NCBI GenBank assembly: GCA_017453985.1
Contig: JAFTDT010000111.1
Span: forward strand, 7,679 to 71,678
DNA: 64,000 nt
Reading direction: 5' to 3'
From: Clostridia bacterium
GTDB taxonomy: Bacteria; Bacillota; Clostridia; Oscillospirales; Butyricicoccaceae
Part shown: positions 11,285 through 20,156 of the stretch, in pieces
How the letters are laid out: each line of letters starts with the position of its first letter
Position numbering within the stretch: position 1 is the stretch's first letter
Position numbers and translations under genes: made by a program
Notes under the pieces: model-generated
Seen by the model: the letters and a program-made list of their open reading frames with translations, nothing else
Told to the model about the DNA's origin: nothing
The model's database searches: none

Positions 11285-12751
11285 TTACAGCGAAACAGTC
11301 CGCGTCGCCGTATTTTCGCAGAAGGCGCGGTCATGCTCCACAAAGACCATCGTGGGCGCGTATTCGGCGATAAGCCGCTCTATCTGCATGCGCGAGAATA
11401 CGTCGATGTAGTTCAGCGGCTCGTCCCAGATATACAGATGCGCCCGCTCGCACAGACTCCGTGCCAGCAGCACCTTCTTGCGCTGACCGAGGGACAGCTC
11501 CGCGATATCCTTTTCAAACTGCACGCGCTCAAAGCCCATCTTCCGCAATATCGCCTTGAAGAGGCTTTCGTCGATGCCGCTGCCGGCGGCGAAGTCCGCC
11601 AGCCCGCCGCGCAAATCGGAAAAGCTCTGGGGCACGTATGAGATTACAAGTCCGGAGCCGACGGACACTTTTCCGCCGTGCGGGATATCCTCGCCCAGCA
11701 GCAGCCGCAGCAGACTGCTTTTGCCGTTGCCGTTTCTGCCGCTGAGGGCGATGCGCTCGCCGCGCCGCACCTCGAAGGAGATATCCTCGCACACCGTGCG
11801 TCCGCCGTAGCTCACGCTCACTCCGGAAAAGGCGGCGAGCACGTCCGCGTGGTAGGCGAGGGGAGAAAGCTTCAGCTCGCCGGACAGCTCTACGTCGTGC
11901 AGCAGCTTTGATTTTTCTGCGGCGGCGCGCTCACGGCGCGTCTCTATCGCCTTGGAGCGCTTCATCATCTTTGCCGCCTTGTGTCCGATATTTCCCCTGT
12001 CGCAGGGACCGTTGCCGATCTTGGTCGCCTCTACCTTGTCCGACCAATCTGCGGTTCGCCTCGCGGCCTCCCTCAGCCGCGAGATATCCTTCTTCAGCCG
12101 CTCGTTCTGCGCCGTCTCAAGCGTCTGCCTCCGCTCAAACTCACGCTGCCAGGAGGAAAAATTGCCGCTCTGCACCTCGATGCTGCGTCGGTTTATCGAG
12201 AGGATATGGTCAACGCAGCCGTCCAAAAACGCGCGGTCGTGCGACACGAGGATAAAGCCGCTCTTGCGCCGCAGGTACGCCGCGAGGGTATCGCGCGCCT
12301 CCGCGTCAAGGTGGTTGGTCGGCTCGTCTATCAGCAGAAAATGCCCTTCGTTGAGAAAGAGCGCAGCCAGCATACACTTTGTCCGCTCGCCCTCGGAGAG
12401 AGTGGCAAACGGACGCTCAAGCACCTCGTCCTCCACCGCGAGCAGAGAAAGCTCGCGCTGCAGCTCCCAGTCCGCGGCAGCGGGGCAGACGCCGCGCAGC
12501 ACCTGCTCCGTCGGCAGAGAGCTGTCCGCCGCGGGATAGGGGAAATAATCGAACTGCACCGAGGAGCGGATGTCTCCGCTGTACTCATATGCGCCCGTCA
12601 GCAGGCGCAGCAGCGTGGTCTTGCCCCTGCCGTTGCGCCCGATAAAGCCGAGCCGCCAGTCGCTGTCGAGCGTGAGACTGACGTTTTCAAACACATTGTC
12701 ATAGCTGCCGGGGTAGGCAAAGGTGAGATTTTCTATCTGTATTATTGACAT
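11285..12751 (-). CDS. Lsa-family ABC-F ribosomal protection protein (putative lincosamide/streptogramin A/pleuromutilin resistance type)
   Basis: Two ABC cassettes with no TM domain. Shares family-typical strings with Lsa as I remember it: DSDWRLGFIGRNGRGKTTLLRLL, WELQRELSLL, ILVSHDRAF, LSLGQRKKV, LYIWDEPLNYIDVF. 488 aa. Confidence 0.85.
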   Translation of the reverse strand: MSIIQIENLTFAYPGSYDNVFENVSLTLDSDWRLGFIGRNGRGKTTLLRLLTGAYEYSGDIRSSVQFDYFPYPAADSSLPTEQVLRGVCPAAADWELQRELSLLAVEDEVLERPFATLSEGERTKCMLAALFLNEGHFLLIDEPTNHLDAEARDTLAAYLRRKSGFILVSHDRAFLDGCVDHILSINRRSIEVQSGNFSSWQREFERRQTLETAQNERLKKDISRLREAARRTADWSDKVEATKIGNGPCDRGNIGHKAAKMMKRSKAIETRRERAAAEKSKLLHDVELSGELKLSPLAYHADVLAAFSGVSVSYGGRTVCEDISFEVRRGERIALSGRNGNGKSSLLRLLLGEDIPHGGKVSVGSGLVISYVPQSFSDLRGGLADFAAGSGIDESLFKAILRKMGFERVQFEKDIAELSLGQRKKVLLARSLCERAHLYIWDEPLNYIDVFSRMQIERLIAEYAPTMVFVEHDRAFCENTATRTVSL

Positions 12752-12770
12752 ATCGCGGTCATCCTTTCAC

Positions 12771-12810
12771 TGAAAAATAACAATGCCGCAGGAAAGCAAA
12801 TTCCTGCGGC
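12771..12810 (-). terminator. Leader terminator (attenuator) upstream of the Lsa-like ABC-F gene
   Basis: On the minus strand: gccgcaggaa-tttgct-ttcctgcggc, followed by attgttattttt, about 20 nt before the RBS. Confidence 0.7.
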
Positions 12811-12813
12811 TCG

Positions 12814-12982
12814 TCAAAGCATGACCGCGCCCGTGCGCGGTACAAATATAAAGAGCCGAAAGATGAGCATAACTTTCCTGCAATACGGCGCACCTCTCCC
12901 ATAATTTAAAAGGAGCCTTTACGCCGTGTTCAAATCATTTGCAGGAAGTATTGGTCATCTTTCCACCCCATTCTTCGGATTT
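12814..12982 (-). promoter_or_regulatory. 5' leader of the ABC-F gene with alternative pairing segments and a candidate 18-aa leader ORF (12814..12870, MLIFRLFIFVPRTGAVML)
   Basis: The heptamer GCAGGAA/TTCCTGC occurs four times in alternating orientation (12941-47, 12875-81, 12801-07, 12788-94). There is a second hairpin ccgcgc-acgg-gcgcgg (12825-40). The short ORF ends 3 nt before the terminator stem. Confidence 0.5.
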
Positions 12983-12988
12983 GAGTCA

Positions 12989-13017
12989 ATGATACAATAA
13001 AAACAAAGCTCTGTCAA
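12989..13017 (-). promoter_or_regulatory. Sigma-A-type promoter for the ABC-F leader
   Basis: Minus strand: TTGACA, 17 nt, TATCAT. Confidence 0.55.
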
Positions 13018-13400
13018 GCGCGCCGAAGCCCGCTCAGCGGTCTGCCGATGTGCATCTCCCGCCGCCACTGCGGCGCCTCGCCGTCGTCGGCGTAGTATTC
13101 GGTGAGTGCGGCTATTTTCCCGTCGCGCAGGGTGAAGAAGGAGATGACGTGGCAGGAAAAGTCGCCGTCCGTCTGAAAGATGCGGGCGACCGTGACGGAG
13201 CCGCCATCCGCGCAGCGCGTCTCCCGCAGCAGCTCGCCGCCCCATTTGCCGGGATATTCACAGTTCGCCCGCAGAAACTCCTCCACGGTAAAAAGCTCGT
13301 CCGTGCAGGGCCAGCAAATCTCCGCGTCCGCGTGGAAATATCCCCGCAGCGCCTGTGCGTCCTGCGCAGCGATATCTGTAATATATTGATGAAAATCCAT
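13014..13400 (-). CDS. NTF2/SnoaL-like fold protein
   Basis: 128 aa. Good RBS (AAGGAGG). The pattern ...ALRGYFHADAEICWP...FTLRDGKIAALTEYY resembles SnoaL-like small proteins. This is a fold-level guess only. Confidence 0.5.
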   Translation of the reverse strand: MDFHQYITDIAAQDAQALRGYFHADAEICWPCTDELFTVEEFLRANCEYPGKWGGELLRETRCADGGSVTVARIFQTDGDFSCHVISFFTLRDGKIAALTEYYADDGEAPQWRREMHIGRPLSGLRRA

Positions 13401-13510
13401 AAAAATGCCTCCTTATTTCATTGGATACGGACGATGCCTGCGTCTGCAATTTGATATTTTGTTTCTTTGGCTTTGTCGATCAAATCTGCTTGACAAGTTT
13501 CATACAAAGA

Positions 13511-13541
13511 AAAAATCCTGCCGCTTTCATCGACAGGATTT
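13511..13541 (-). terminator. Terminator downstream of tRNA-Arg
   Basis: Minus strand: atcctg...caggat stem followed by tttttt. Confidence 0.6.
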
Positions 13542-13547
13542 TCGCTT

Positions 13548-13624
13548 TGGCACGCCCGACAGGATTCGAACCTGTGACCTACTGGTTCGTAGCCAGTCAC
13601 TCTATCCAGCTGAGCTACGGGCGC
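13548..13624 (-). tRNA. tRNA-Arg (anticodon ACG), CCA encoded
   Basis: Reverse complement folds as a cloverleaf: acceptor GCGCCCG, D arm GCTC..GAGT, anticodon stem ACTGG/CCAGT with loop CTACGAA, T arm ACAGG TTCGAAT CCTGT. Confidence 0.92.
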
Positions 13625-13698
13625 TCAAATATGCTGCTAAAATAGCATAGCACGGAAAAAATAAAAAATCAAGCTTTTTTTAATATTTTCTTTTCTTC

Positions 13699-13728
13699 TT
13701 GCCAAGAACTGCATATAGATTGTATAAT
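13699..13728 (+). promoter_or_regulatory. Promoter of the AI-2E transporter / ABC-F unit
   Basis: TTGCCA, 18 nt, TATAAT, about 45 nt before the AGGAGG RBS. Confidence 0.55.
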
Positions 13729-13772
13729 AATGGTATCATAACAAGGGAGAACCCGCAGCAGGAGGTGCGCCT

Positions 13773-14882
13773 ATGAGATCGACCAAGACGGTGATCGTGA
13801 TTTTTCTTATCCTGATAGCCATGCTGGTGGTGTATATGTTCTGGGGCGTGCTGCGTCCGTTCTTCATAGCGGCGCTGCTTGCCTATCTGCTTTCGCCGCT
13901 GGTGGAGCTGCTGAAGAAAAAGACCAAGCTGAAGCACGGCATAGCCGTGGCGATAGTGGTGCTGGCATTTTTCGTGCTGATAGCGGGGCTGATCGCGCTG
14001 ACGCTGCCCGCGGCGATAAATCAGATATCCGGAGTGATAAATGAAATCGGCGCCTACGCCGGCAGCTTTGACGAGCTGGTAGAGAAGCTGAGCGGCATGC
14101 TGGCAGAGCTGCATCTGCCGGAAATCGTACAGAACAAGGCGCAGGAGCTGCTATCAGACAGCAATACCTACCTCATGCGGGCGCTGTCCTCGGTGCTGAG
14201 CGCGCTGATAAACTTCTCGCTGGGGCTTTTCGATATCGTTATAGTCGTAATCGTGATGGTTTACCTCATGCTGGACGGAAAAAAGCTTATCCGCAACGCG
14301 CTCAACGCGCTGCCCGCCTCGCTGTCGGTGAGGTTGAACCGCGTCATGCATCATTCCAACCAAATGACGTGGAAGTATTTTCGCTCCCGCGTGATAGTTT
14401 CCGCCGGCATGGGCGTGGTGACGTATATCGGACTGCGCATCATGGGGCTGAAATACGCCCTGCTCTTTGCCTTCCTTTCCTTTGTGCTGGACTTCATCCC
14501 TTACTTCGGCTCGATAATCGGCGGCGCGGTGGAGTCGCTGTATGCGCTGATAGTAGGCGGCTGGGGCTTGGCGCTGGCGGTGCTGATATTCGTGATAGTG
14601 GTGCAGCAGATAGAGGGCAACGTGATAGCGCCCAAGGTGCAGGCGGACGCTACGGGGCTGCACCCGATAACCATAATGTTCGCGCTGTTGGCGTGTTATA
14701 AGGTCTGGGGCGCGATAGGCATGCTGATATCTACGCCGGTCGCCGTGGTGGTGAAGGTCATCTTTATGGAGATATACGATTATCTGATAACGCCGGACAG
14801 GACGCCGGAGCCGGTCATTGGCGCGGGAAGAATGTTTGAGGACTATTTTGACGAGGATTACCGTGCCGGGCAGGAGGAATAA
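13773..14882 (+). CDS. AI-2E family transporter (PerM/UPF0118)
   Basis: Eight-TM-type profile and the typical LSFVLDFIPYFGSIIGG and VVQQIEGNVIAPKV strings. Confidence 0.85.
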   Translation: MRSTKTVIVIFLILIAMLVVYMFWGVLRPFFIAALLAYLLSPLVELLKKKTKLKHGIAVAIVVLAFFVLIAGLIALTLPAAINQISGVINEIGAYAGSFDELVEKLSGMLAELHLPEIVQNKAQELLSDSNTYLMRALSSVLSALINFSLGLFDIVIVVIVMVYLMLDGKKLIRNALNALPASLSVRLNRVMHHSNQMTWKYFRSRVIVSAGMGVVTYIGLRIMGLKYALLFAFLSFVLDFIPYFGSIIGGAVESLYALIVGGWGLALAVLIFVIVVQQIEGNVIAPKVQADATGLHPITIMFALLACYKVWGAIGMLISTPVAVVVKVIFMEIYDYLITPDRTPEPVIGAGRMFEDYFDEDYRAGQEE

Positions 14883-16744
14883 TGGCGGAGATAACAGTTG
14901 ACGGGATATATAAGTCCTTCGGAGAAAATCAGGTTCTGACGAACCTGTCCTTTTCCGTGACGGAGGGCGAGCGCGTGGGCATCGTCGGGCCAAACGGCTG
15001 CGGCAAGACCACGCTGCTGAAGATAATCGCGGGCGAGCCTGCGGACAGCGGCACGGTCAGCCTGCCGCGCGGCTGCCGCTGCGGCGTGCTGGAGCAGCTT
15101 CCGGACTATCCGGAGACGGTCAGCGTGCGGCAGGTGCTGTGGCAGGCGTTTGAGCATATCGAGGAGATGGGGCGCGAGCTTGCTGCCATGGAGGAGCGTA
15201 TGTCGCGCGGCGAGGATACGGATATGGCGCGGTACGGCTCTCTGCGTACCGCCTTTGAGACTGCCGGCGGCTATGAGACGGATATGCGCTATAATATGAT
15301 GACGGGCGGGCTTGGCATATCGGCAGAGATGCAGGAGCGTCCGTTCAGCAGTCTTTCCGGCGGGGAAAAGACCCGCGTCAGTCTGGCGCGGCTGATGCTC
15401 TCCGGCACCGATCTGCTGCTGCTGGACGAGCCGACCAACCACCTCGATTTAGAGTCGATAGAGTGGCTGGAGGAATATCTACGCACCATCAAGGGCACGG
15501 TGCTGACCGTCTCGCACGACCGCTATTTTCTGGACAAGGTGACGCGGCGCACGCTGGAGCTTTACGAGGGCGCGGCGGTGTCCTATCCGGGAAATTATAC
15601 ATATTACACGGAACGCAAGCAGGAGGAGGCGGAGCGCCTCGAGGCGGCGAAAAAGCGGCAGGACAAGGAGATCGCGCGCCTCAGCTTCACCGTGGAGCGC
15701 ATGAAGGGCTGGGGACTTGGCAACAAAAAGGTGATGAAGCGCGCCTTTGCCATGCAGAAAAGACTTGAGCGCATCGAGCGCATCAAGACGATAAAGCAGG
15801 AGCATAAGATGAAAAATCGCTTCAGCACGGCGGGGCAGTCCGGCGAGGACGTGTTTATGATAGAGGATCTCGCCGTGGGCTATGACAAGCCGCTGGTGGA
15901 GGGCTTTTCCGCGAGCGTGCTGCGCGGCGAGCGCATCGCCCTGCTGGGCCCCAACGGCAGCGGCAAGACCACTCTGCTCACCACCGTGCTGCGCGACATG
16001 CCGCCGCTGGCGGGGAAGATATACGAGGGCGTCGGACTGAAAAAGGGCTATCTGCCGCAGAACGTGTCCTTTCCGAACCCAGAGCGCACGCTGCTGGATA
16101 TGATGCTGTACGACGCGGGGCTGGAGCCGCAGGAGGCGCGCGACCGGCTGGCGGCGTTCGACTTCCGCGGCGAGGAGGTATTCAAGCGCGCAAGCGTGCT
16201 TTCCGGTGGGGAGAAGGTGCGGCTCAAGCTGTGCATCTTCATGAACTCGCACATAAACACGCTGTTTTTGGACGAGCCGACCAACCATCTGGATATCCTC
16301 TCGCGCGAGTGGATAGAGGATGCGATAGACGATTTTTCCGAGACGATGGTGTTCGTCTCGCACGACCGCTATTTCATCAGCCGCTTTGCCACCCGCATCT
16401 GGGACATACGCGGTGGGAAGATACGGGATTTTGTCGGCACTTATGAGGAATACCGCGAGACGCTGGCGCGCGAGGCGGCGCTGGCGGCGGCAGCTCCGGC
16501 GCAGAAGCCGCCGCAGGAAAAGGCGGCGCAGAAGCCGCGCCGCGGCACGCGCGAGGAGGAAAAGGCGCTGCGGGCGCTGCGCCGCGAGATAGCGGCTCTG
16601 GAAAAGCGCATCGGCGAGATAGACGCGGAGCTGGAGCTGGGCGGCGACGATTACGAGCGTCTTGCCGGGCTGGTGGAGGAAAAGCAGCGCGCCGAGGACG
16701 AGCTGCTGCCGCTGTACGAGAGGGAAATGGAGCTGGAGGGCTGA
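14882..16744 (+). CDS. ABC-F family ATPase (Uup/YdiF-like, with charged C-terminal coiled-coil tail)
   Basis: Two cassettes (GPNGCGKTT and GPNGSGKTT; LSGGEKTR and LSGGEKVR) and no TM domain. Ala/Lys/Glu/Arg-rich C-terminus. Start overlaps the upstream stop (TAATG). Confidence 0.9.
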   Translation: MAEITVDGIYKSFGENQVLTNLSFSVTEGERVGIVGPNGCGKTTLLKIIAGEPADSGTVSLPRGCRCGVLEQLPDYPETVSVRQVLWQAFEHIEEMGRELAAMEERMSRGEDTDMARYGSLRTAFETAGGYETDMRYNMMTGGLGISAEMQERPFSSLSGGEKTRVSLARLMLSGTDLLLLDEPTNHLDLESIEWLEEYLRTIKGTVLTVSHDRYFLDKVTRRTLELYEGAAVSYPGNYTYYTERKQEEAERLEAAKKRQDKEIARLSFTVERMKGWGLGNKKVMKRAFAMQKRLERIERIKTIKQEHKMKNRFSTAGQSGEDVFMIEDLAVGYDKPLVEGFSASVLRGERIALLGPNGSGKTTLLTTVLRDMPPLAGKIYEGVGLKKGYLPQNVSFPNPERTLLDMMLYDAGLEPQEARDRLAAFDFRGEEVFKRASVLSGGEKVRLKLCIFMNSHINTLFLDEPTNHLDILSREWIEDAIDDFSETMVFVSHDRYFISRFATRIWDIRGGKIRDFVGTYEEYRETLAREAALAAAAPAQKPPQEKAAQKPRRGTREEEKALRALRREIAALEKRIGEIDAELELGGDDYERLAGLVEEKQRAEDELLPLYEREMELEG

Positions 16745-16752
16745 GCGGAAAT

Positions 16753-17367
16753 ATGGAAATAAAAAGGGTGGATAATTATACCGACGGGCGTTTTTCCGCC
16801 GTGGCGCTGCGGCAGCACGGCGGATTTTTGATAGACGGCGAGCCGTATGAGGTGGAGATAATCTCGTCGGATACCGCTGTTGTGCGGGGCATGTGCGCCG
16901 ATAATTTTTCGCATCTGGCAGAAGAGTTTCGCTTTTACGCTCCGCATATTTGCCGATTTGCAGATGAAAAAGGCGATGTGGTTGCGGAATATCCGCCGCC
17001 GGAGCTGATAAGCGTTGCGCTGGATGAAATACAGCCGTCCCAGTTTTATGCGGATGAGGAAAAGCTTGCGGCGGTGAGTGCGTTTATCCATGCGCCGGAG
17101 GATATCGTCATACAGGTAAAGAGATGGGGCGACCGCTGCGTCTCGCTGGATGGGCATACGCGCCTGTATCTGGCGGTGCAGCGCGGGTATGGCAGCGTCC
17201 GGGCGGCGGTGAGCGAGTCGGATGACTGGGTGTGGCGGTTTGTGCATGAGGCGCGAGCGAGAGGCGTGTACAGCCCGCGGGAGCTGAAGCTGCTCAGCCA
17301 TGAGGAGTATGAGCGCGAGTGGAACGGCTTCTGCGACAGGATATTTGCAGAAGAAGATGAGCAGTGA
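16753..17367 (+). CDS. Hypothetical protein
   Basis: 204-aa ORF with coding-like composition. The C-terminal half (IQPSQFY...SLDGHTRLY) is faintly ParB/Srx-like, but I cannot support that assignment. Confidence 0.5.
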   Translation: MEIKRVDNYTDGRFSAVALRQHGGFLIDGEPYEVEIISSDTAVVRGMCADNFSHLAEEFRFYAPHICRFADEKGDVVAEYPPPELISVALDEIQPSQFYADEEKLAAVSAFIHAPEDIVIQVKRWGDRCVSLDGHTRLYLAVQRGYGSVRAAVSESDDWVWRFVHEARARGVYSPRELKLLSHEEYEREWNGFCDRIFAEEDEQ

Positions 17368-17412
17368 GCCTGTGGAGGCGGTGAAAAATATTTAGTAGGG
17401 AGCTAAAAAATC

Positions 17413-17440
17413 AAAAGGCGGCGCAGATGCGCCGCCTTTT
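17413..17440. terminator. Bidirectional terminator
   Basis: aaaaggcggcgca / tgcgccgcctttt palindrome between convergent genes. Confidence 0.8.
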
Positions 17441-17453
17441 AGTATACAGCTTC

Positions 17454-18326
17454 CTATTTTTCCAGCTCGCGGAGCGCGTGCGGTATCATCGCCGCCGTGT
17501 CGCTCGGCAGCATGCCGCGCCGTCCGAGGCTCTCCGCCGCCAGCGCGCCGGCAAGCGAATGCACGAACACTCCTGCCGCGGCGGCATGCAGCGGCTCCGC
17601 GCCCTGCGCGGCAAGCCCGGCGATAAGCCCCGCCAGCACGTCGCCGCTGCCGCCCTTGGCAAGCCCGGAGTTGGGGCGGTCGTTGGCGTACAGCGCCCCG
17701 CCGCCGGCGATATGGGTCACGCTGCCCTTGAGCACGGCGGTCACGCCGTGCGTTTCGGCAAATACTGCGGCGGAGCCGCCCGGGTCGCGGCGGATATCCT
17801 CGGCGTCCCGTCCGCTTAGCCGAGCCATCTCGAAGACGTGCGGGGTGAGTATTATTTCTCCCGCGGCGCGCGTGAGCGCGTCCGTGCAGCCGCAGAGGGC
17901 GTTCAGCCCGTCGGCGTCTATAATCAGCGTGCCGCGGTACTGCGTGATGAGCGCGCGCAGCAGCTCACCCGTGTCCTCGCTGCGCCCCAGTCCGGGACCG
18001 AACAGCAGCGCGGGATACGACTCTGCCTCGCCCAGCAGCACGGGCAGACTGCGCGCGGAAATATGCCCGTCCTCGCACAGCAGGGGGAGATAAGTGCATT
18101 CTGCCAGATGAGCGGCGACGACGCCCGCTGCCTGCGGCACGGCGGCAAGCCGCACCAGTCCCGCTCCGCTGCGGGCGGCGGCGGAGCAGGCGAGCACGGC
18201 GGCGCCGGGCATGCTCTCGCTGCCGCAGATCGCCAGCAGCCGCCCGAAGTCCCATTTCGCGCCCTCAGAGCTGCGTGCGGGCAGCATGGCGGCAGCAGCG
18301 CCGCGATCGAGAAAAATCGTATCCAT
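17454..18326 (-). CDS. nnrD: ADP-dependent NAD(P)H-hydrate dehydratase (YjeF C-terminal domain type)
   Basis: Carbohydrate-kinase-like fold with the GGSGDVLAGLIAGL motif near the C-terminus. No N-terminal epimerase domain. Confidence 0.85.
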   Translation of the reverse strand: MDTIFLDRGAAAAMLPARSSEGAKWDFGRLLAICGSESMPGAAVLACSAAARSGAGLVRLAAVPQAAGVVAAHLAECTYLPLLCEDGHISARSLPVLLGEAESYPALLFGPGLGRSEDTGELLRALITQYRGTLIIDADGLNALCGCTDALTRAAGEIILTPHVFEMARLSGRDAEDIRRDPGGSAAVFAETHGVTAVLKGSVTHIAGGGALYANDRPNSGLAKGGSGDVLAGLIAGLAAQGAEPLHAAAAGVFVHSLAGALAAESLGRRGMLPSDTAAMIPHALRELEK

Positions 18327-18458
18327 TCAGTTTCACGCTCCCTATTGCATTTTGCGGAAAAAGTGGTATTATATAATGTGTTCGCGGGATTTCCGGAATT
18401 TGTATGCCTCTATTATCCCACAAATGAGAATTTTTTACAATATGCACGATAAAAAAGC

Positions 18459-18487
18459 TTGACTTGTGAAATATGGTGTGATATCAT
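18459..18487 (+). promoter_or_regulatory. Promoter of the rpmG-secE-nusG cluster
   Basis: TTGACT, 17 nt, TATCAT, with TG one nt upstream of the -10. Confidence 0.6.
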
Positions 18488-18580
18488 GTTTCTACCTGTC
18501 AGGTTATTTTTTTTGCCTGTTTCAGGGAGGCAAGGGCGCTTGCCGGAGGGCAGGAGCCAAATTATAAGGAGGTGCCGAAA

Positions 18581-18730
18581 ATGCGCGTGAAGATCACACT
18601 GGCATGTACGGAATGCAAGCAGAGGAACTACGATACCATCAAGAACAAGAAGAACACTCCGGATCGTTTGGAACTCAACAAGTATTGCCGTTTCTGCAGG
18701 AAGCACACCTTACACAGAGAAAGCAAGTAA
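18581..18730 (+). CDS. rpmG: 50S ribosomal protein L33
   Basis: Not in the ORF track (49 aa). [49 protein letters not shown], with AAGGAGG upstream. Confidence 0.95.
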   Translation: MRVKITLACTECKQRNYDTIKNKKNTPDRLELNKYCRFCRKHTLHRESK

Positions 18731-18745
18731 GAGAGGTGCAGCTTT

Positions 18746-19045
18746 ATGAGTGAACTGGAAAAGACCGTGTCCGCGGCGGAAGAGGCCGTGGAAAACACCC
18801 TTGAGGAAAAGAAAACCGACAAGGCGAAAAAGCCTGCGAAGAAAAAGCGCAGCATTTTTGCCCGCATAGGCCGCTGGTTCAAGGATTTGGTCGGCGAGGC
18901 GAAAAAGGTTGTGTGGCCGACAGGCAAGCAGGTTGTCAACAACACCGTGGTCGTCATCATCGTGGTGATCATCGTGGCGGCGATCGTCTATGTGCTGGAC
19001 GTGACCTTCGGCGGTATCCGCGATTTCATCGCAAGGCTTGTTTAA
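18746..19045 (+). CDS. secE: Preprotein translocase subunit SecE
   Basis: Charged N-terminus, EAKKVVWPTGKQV, and a single C-terminal TM helix. Sits between rpmG and nusG. Confidence 0.9.
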   Translation: MSELEKTVSAAEEAVENTLEEKKTDKAKKPAKKKRSIFARIGRWFKDLVGEAKKVVWPTGKQVVNNTVVVIIVVIIVAAIVYVLDVTFGGIRDFIARLV

Positions 19046-19057
19046 GGATCGGCCGTC

Positions 19058-19582
19058 ATGACGGGCAAGGCAAAATGGTATGTGGTGCACACATACTCCG
19101 GCTATGAAAACAAGGTAGCCGCAACTATCCGAAAGTCTGTGGAAAACCGCGGACTGGAGGAGCTTATAGAAGACGTGCACGTACCGATGGAGACGGTGAC
19201 GGAGATCAAGGATACCGGCTCCAGACAGGTCGAGCGCAAGCTCTTTCCCGGCTATGTGCTGATAAAGATGCACATGACGGACGAGAGCTGGTATATAGTC
19301 CGCAATACGCGGGGCGTGACCAGCTTCGTCGGCCCCGGCTCAAAGCCGGTGGCGCTTACGGACGAAGAGGTGGCGGCGCTCGGCGTCGAGAAGATGGAAA
19401 TCAAGCTGTCATACGGCGTCGGAGACAGCGTGAAGATCATCGAGGGGCCGCTGGACGGCTTCATCGGCGTTGTGGACGAGATCGACACCGCGACACAGAG
19501 CGTCAAGGTGACGGTGTCCATGTTTGGCCGGGAAACTCCGGTCGAGCTTCAGTTCGGTCAGGTGGCCGCGCTGGAGAAATAA
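19058..19582 (+). CDS. nusG: Transcription termination/antitermination factor NusG
   Basis: KWYVVHTYSGYENKV NGN start and a C-terminal KOW domain (GDSVKIIEGPLDGFIGVV). Confidence 0.97.
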   Translation: MTGKAKWYVVHTYSGYENKVAATIRKSVENRGLEELIEDVHVPMETVTEIKDTGSRQVERKLFPGYVLIKMHMTDESWYIVRNTRGVTSFVGPGSKPVALTDEEVAALGVEKMEIKLSYGVGDSVKIIEGPLDGFIGVVDEIDTATQSVKVTVSMFGRETPVELQFGQVAALEK

Positions 19583-19661
19583 GAGCTTCGGCTCTGTTCC
19601 CCGCGGGTGGGAGAGCGCAGGGCGCTCACTTTTACCACATTTTTATTAGGAGGTGCTGATA

Positions 19662-20087
19662 ATGGCACAGAAAGTAGTAGGACTTATCAAGCTGCAGATA
19701 CCTGCCGGCAAGGCGACCCCGGCTCCCCCGGTCGGACCGGCGCTGGGACAGCACGGCGTGAACATCATGCAGTTTACCAAGGAATTCAACGAGCGCACGA
19801 AAAATGACGGCGATCTGATAATCCCCGTGGTCATCACGGTTTATGCAGACCGCTCCTTCTCGTTCATCACCAAGACTCCCCCGGCAGCGGTGCTTATCAA
19901 AAAGGCGTGCAATATCAAGAGCGGCTCCGGCGTGCCCAACAAGCAGAAGGTCGCCGAGATAAGCCGCGAGGATCTGCAGAAGATCGCAGAGCTGAAGATG
20001 GCGGATCTCAACGCCGCCAGCATCGAGAGCGCGATGAGCATGATCGCAGGCACCGCCCGCAGCATGGGCATCACCGTAAAGGAGTAA
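19662..20087 (+). CDS. rplK: 50S ribosomal protein L11
   Basis: [34 protein letters not shown]. The ATG at 19662 follows AGGAGG; the track's GTG at 19653 overlaps the RBS. Confidence 0.97.
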   Translation: MAQKVVGLIKLQIPAGKATPAPPVGPALGQHGVNIMQFTKEFNERTKNDGDLIIPVVITVYADRSFSFITKTPPAAVLIKKACNIKSGSGVPNKQKVAEISREDLQKIAELKMADLNAASIESAMSMIAGTARSMGITVKE

Positions 20088-20156
20088 GAGGCGGATATCT
20101 GCCGCCAATGTGGGAGGATATATTCCGAACAACCACTATCAAGGAGGAAATAACAC

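Noticed and set aside
20088-20156. L1-binding regulatory mimic in the rplK-rplA spacer, or in the nusG-rplK spacer (19583..19661)
   Set aside because: Only short generic hairpins are present. I cannot verify a 23S-like L1 site without a covariance model.
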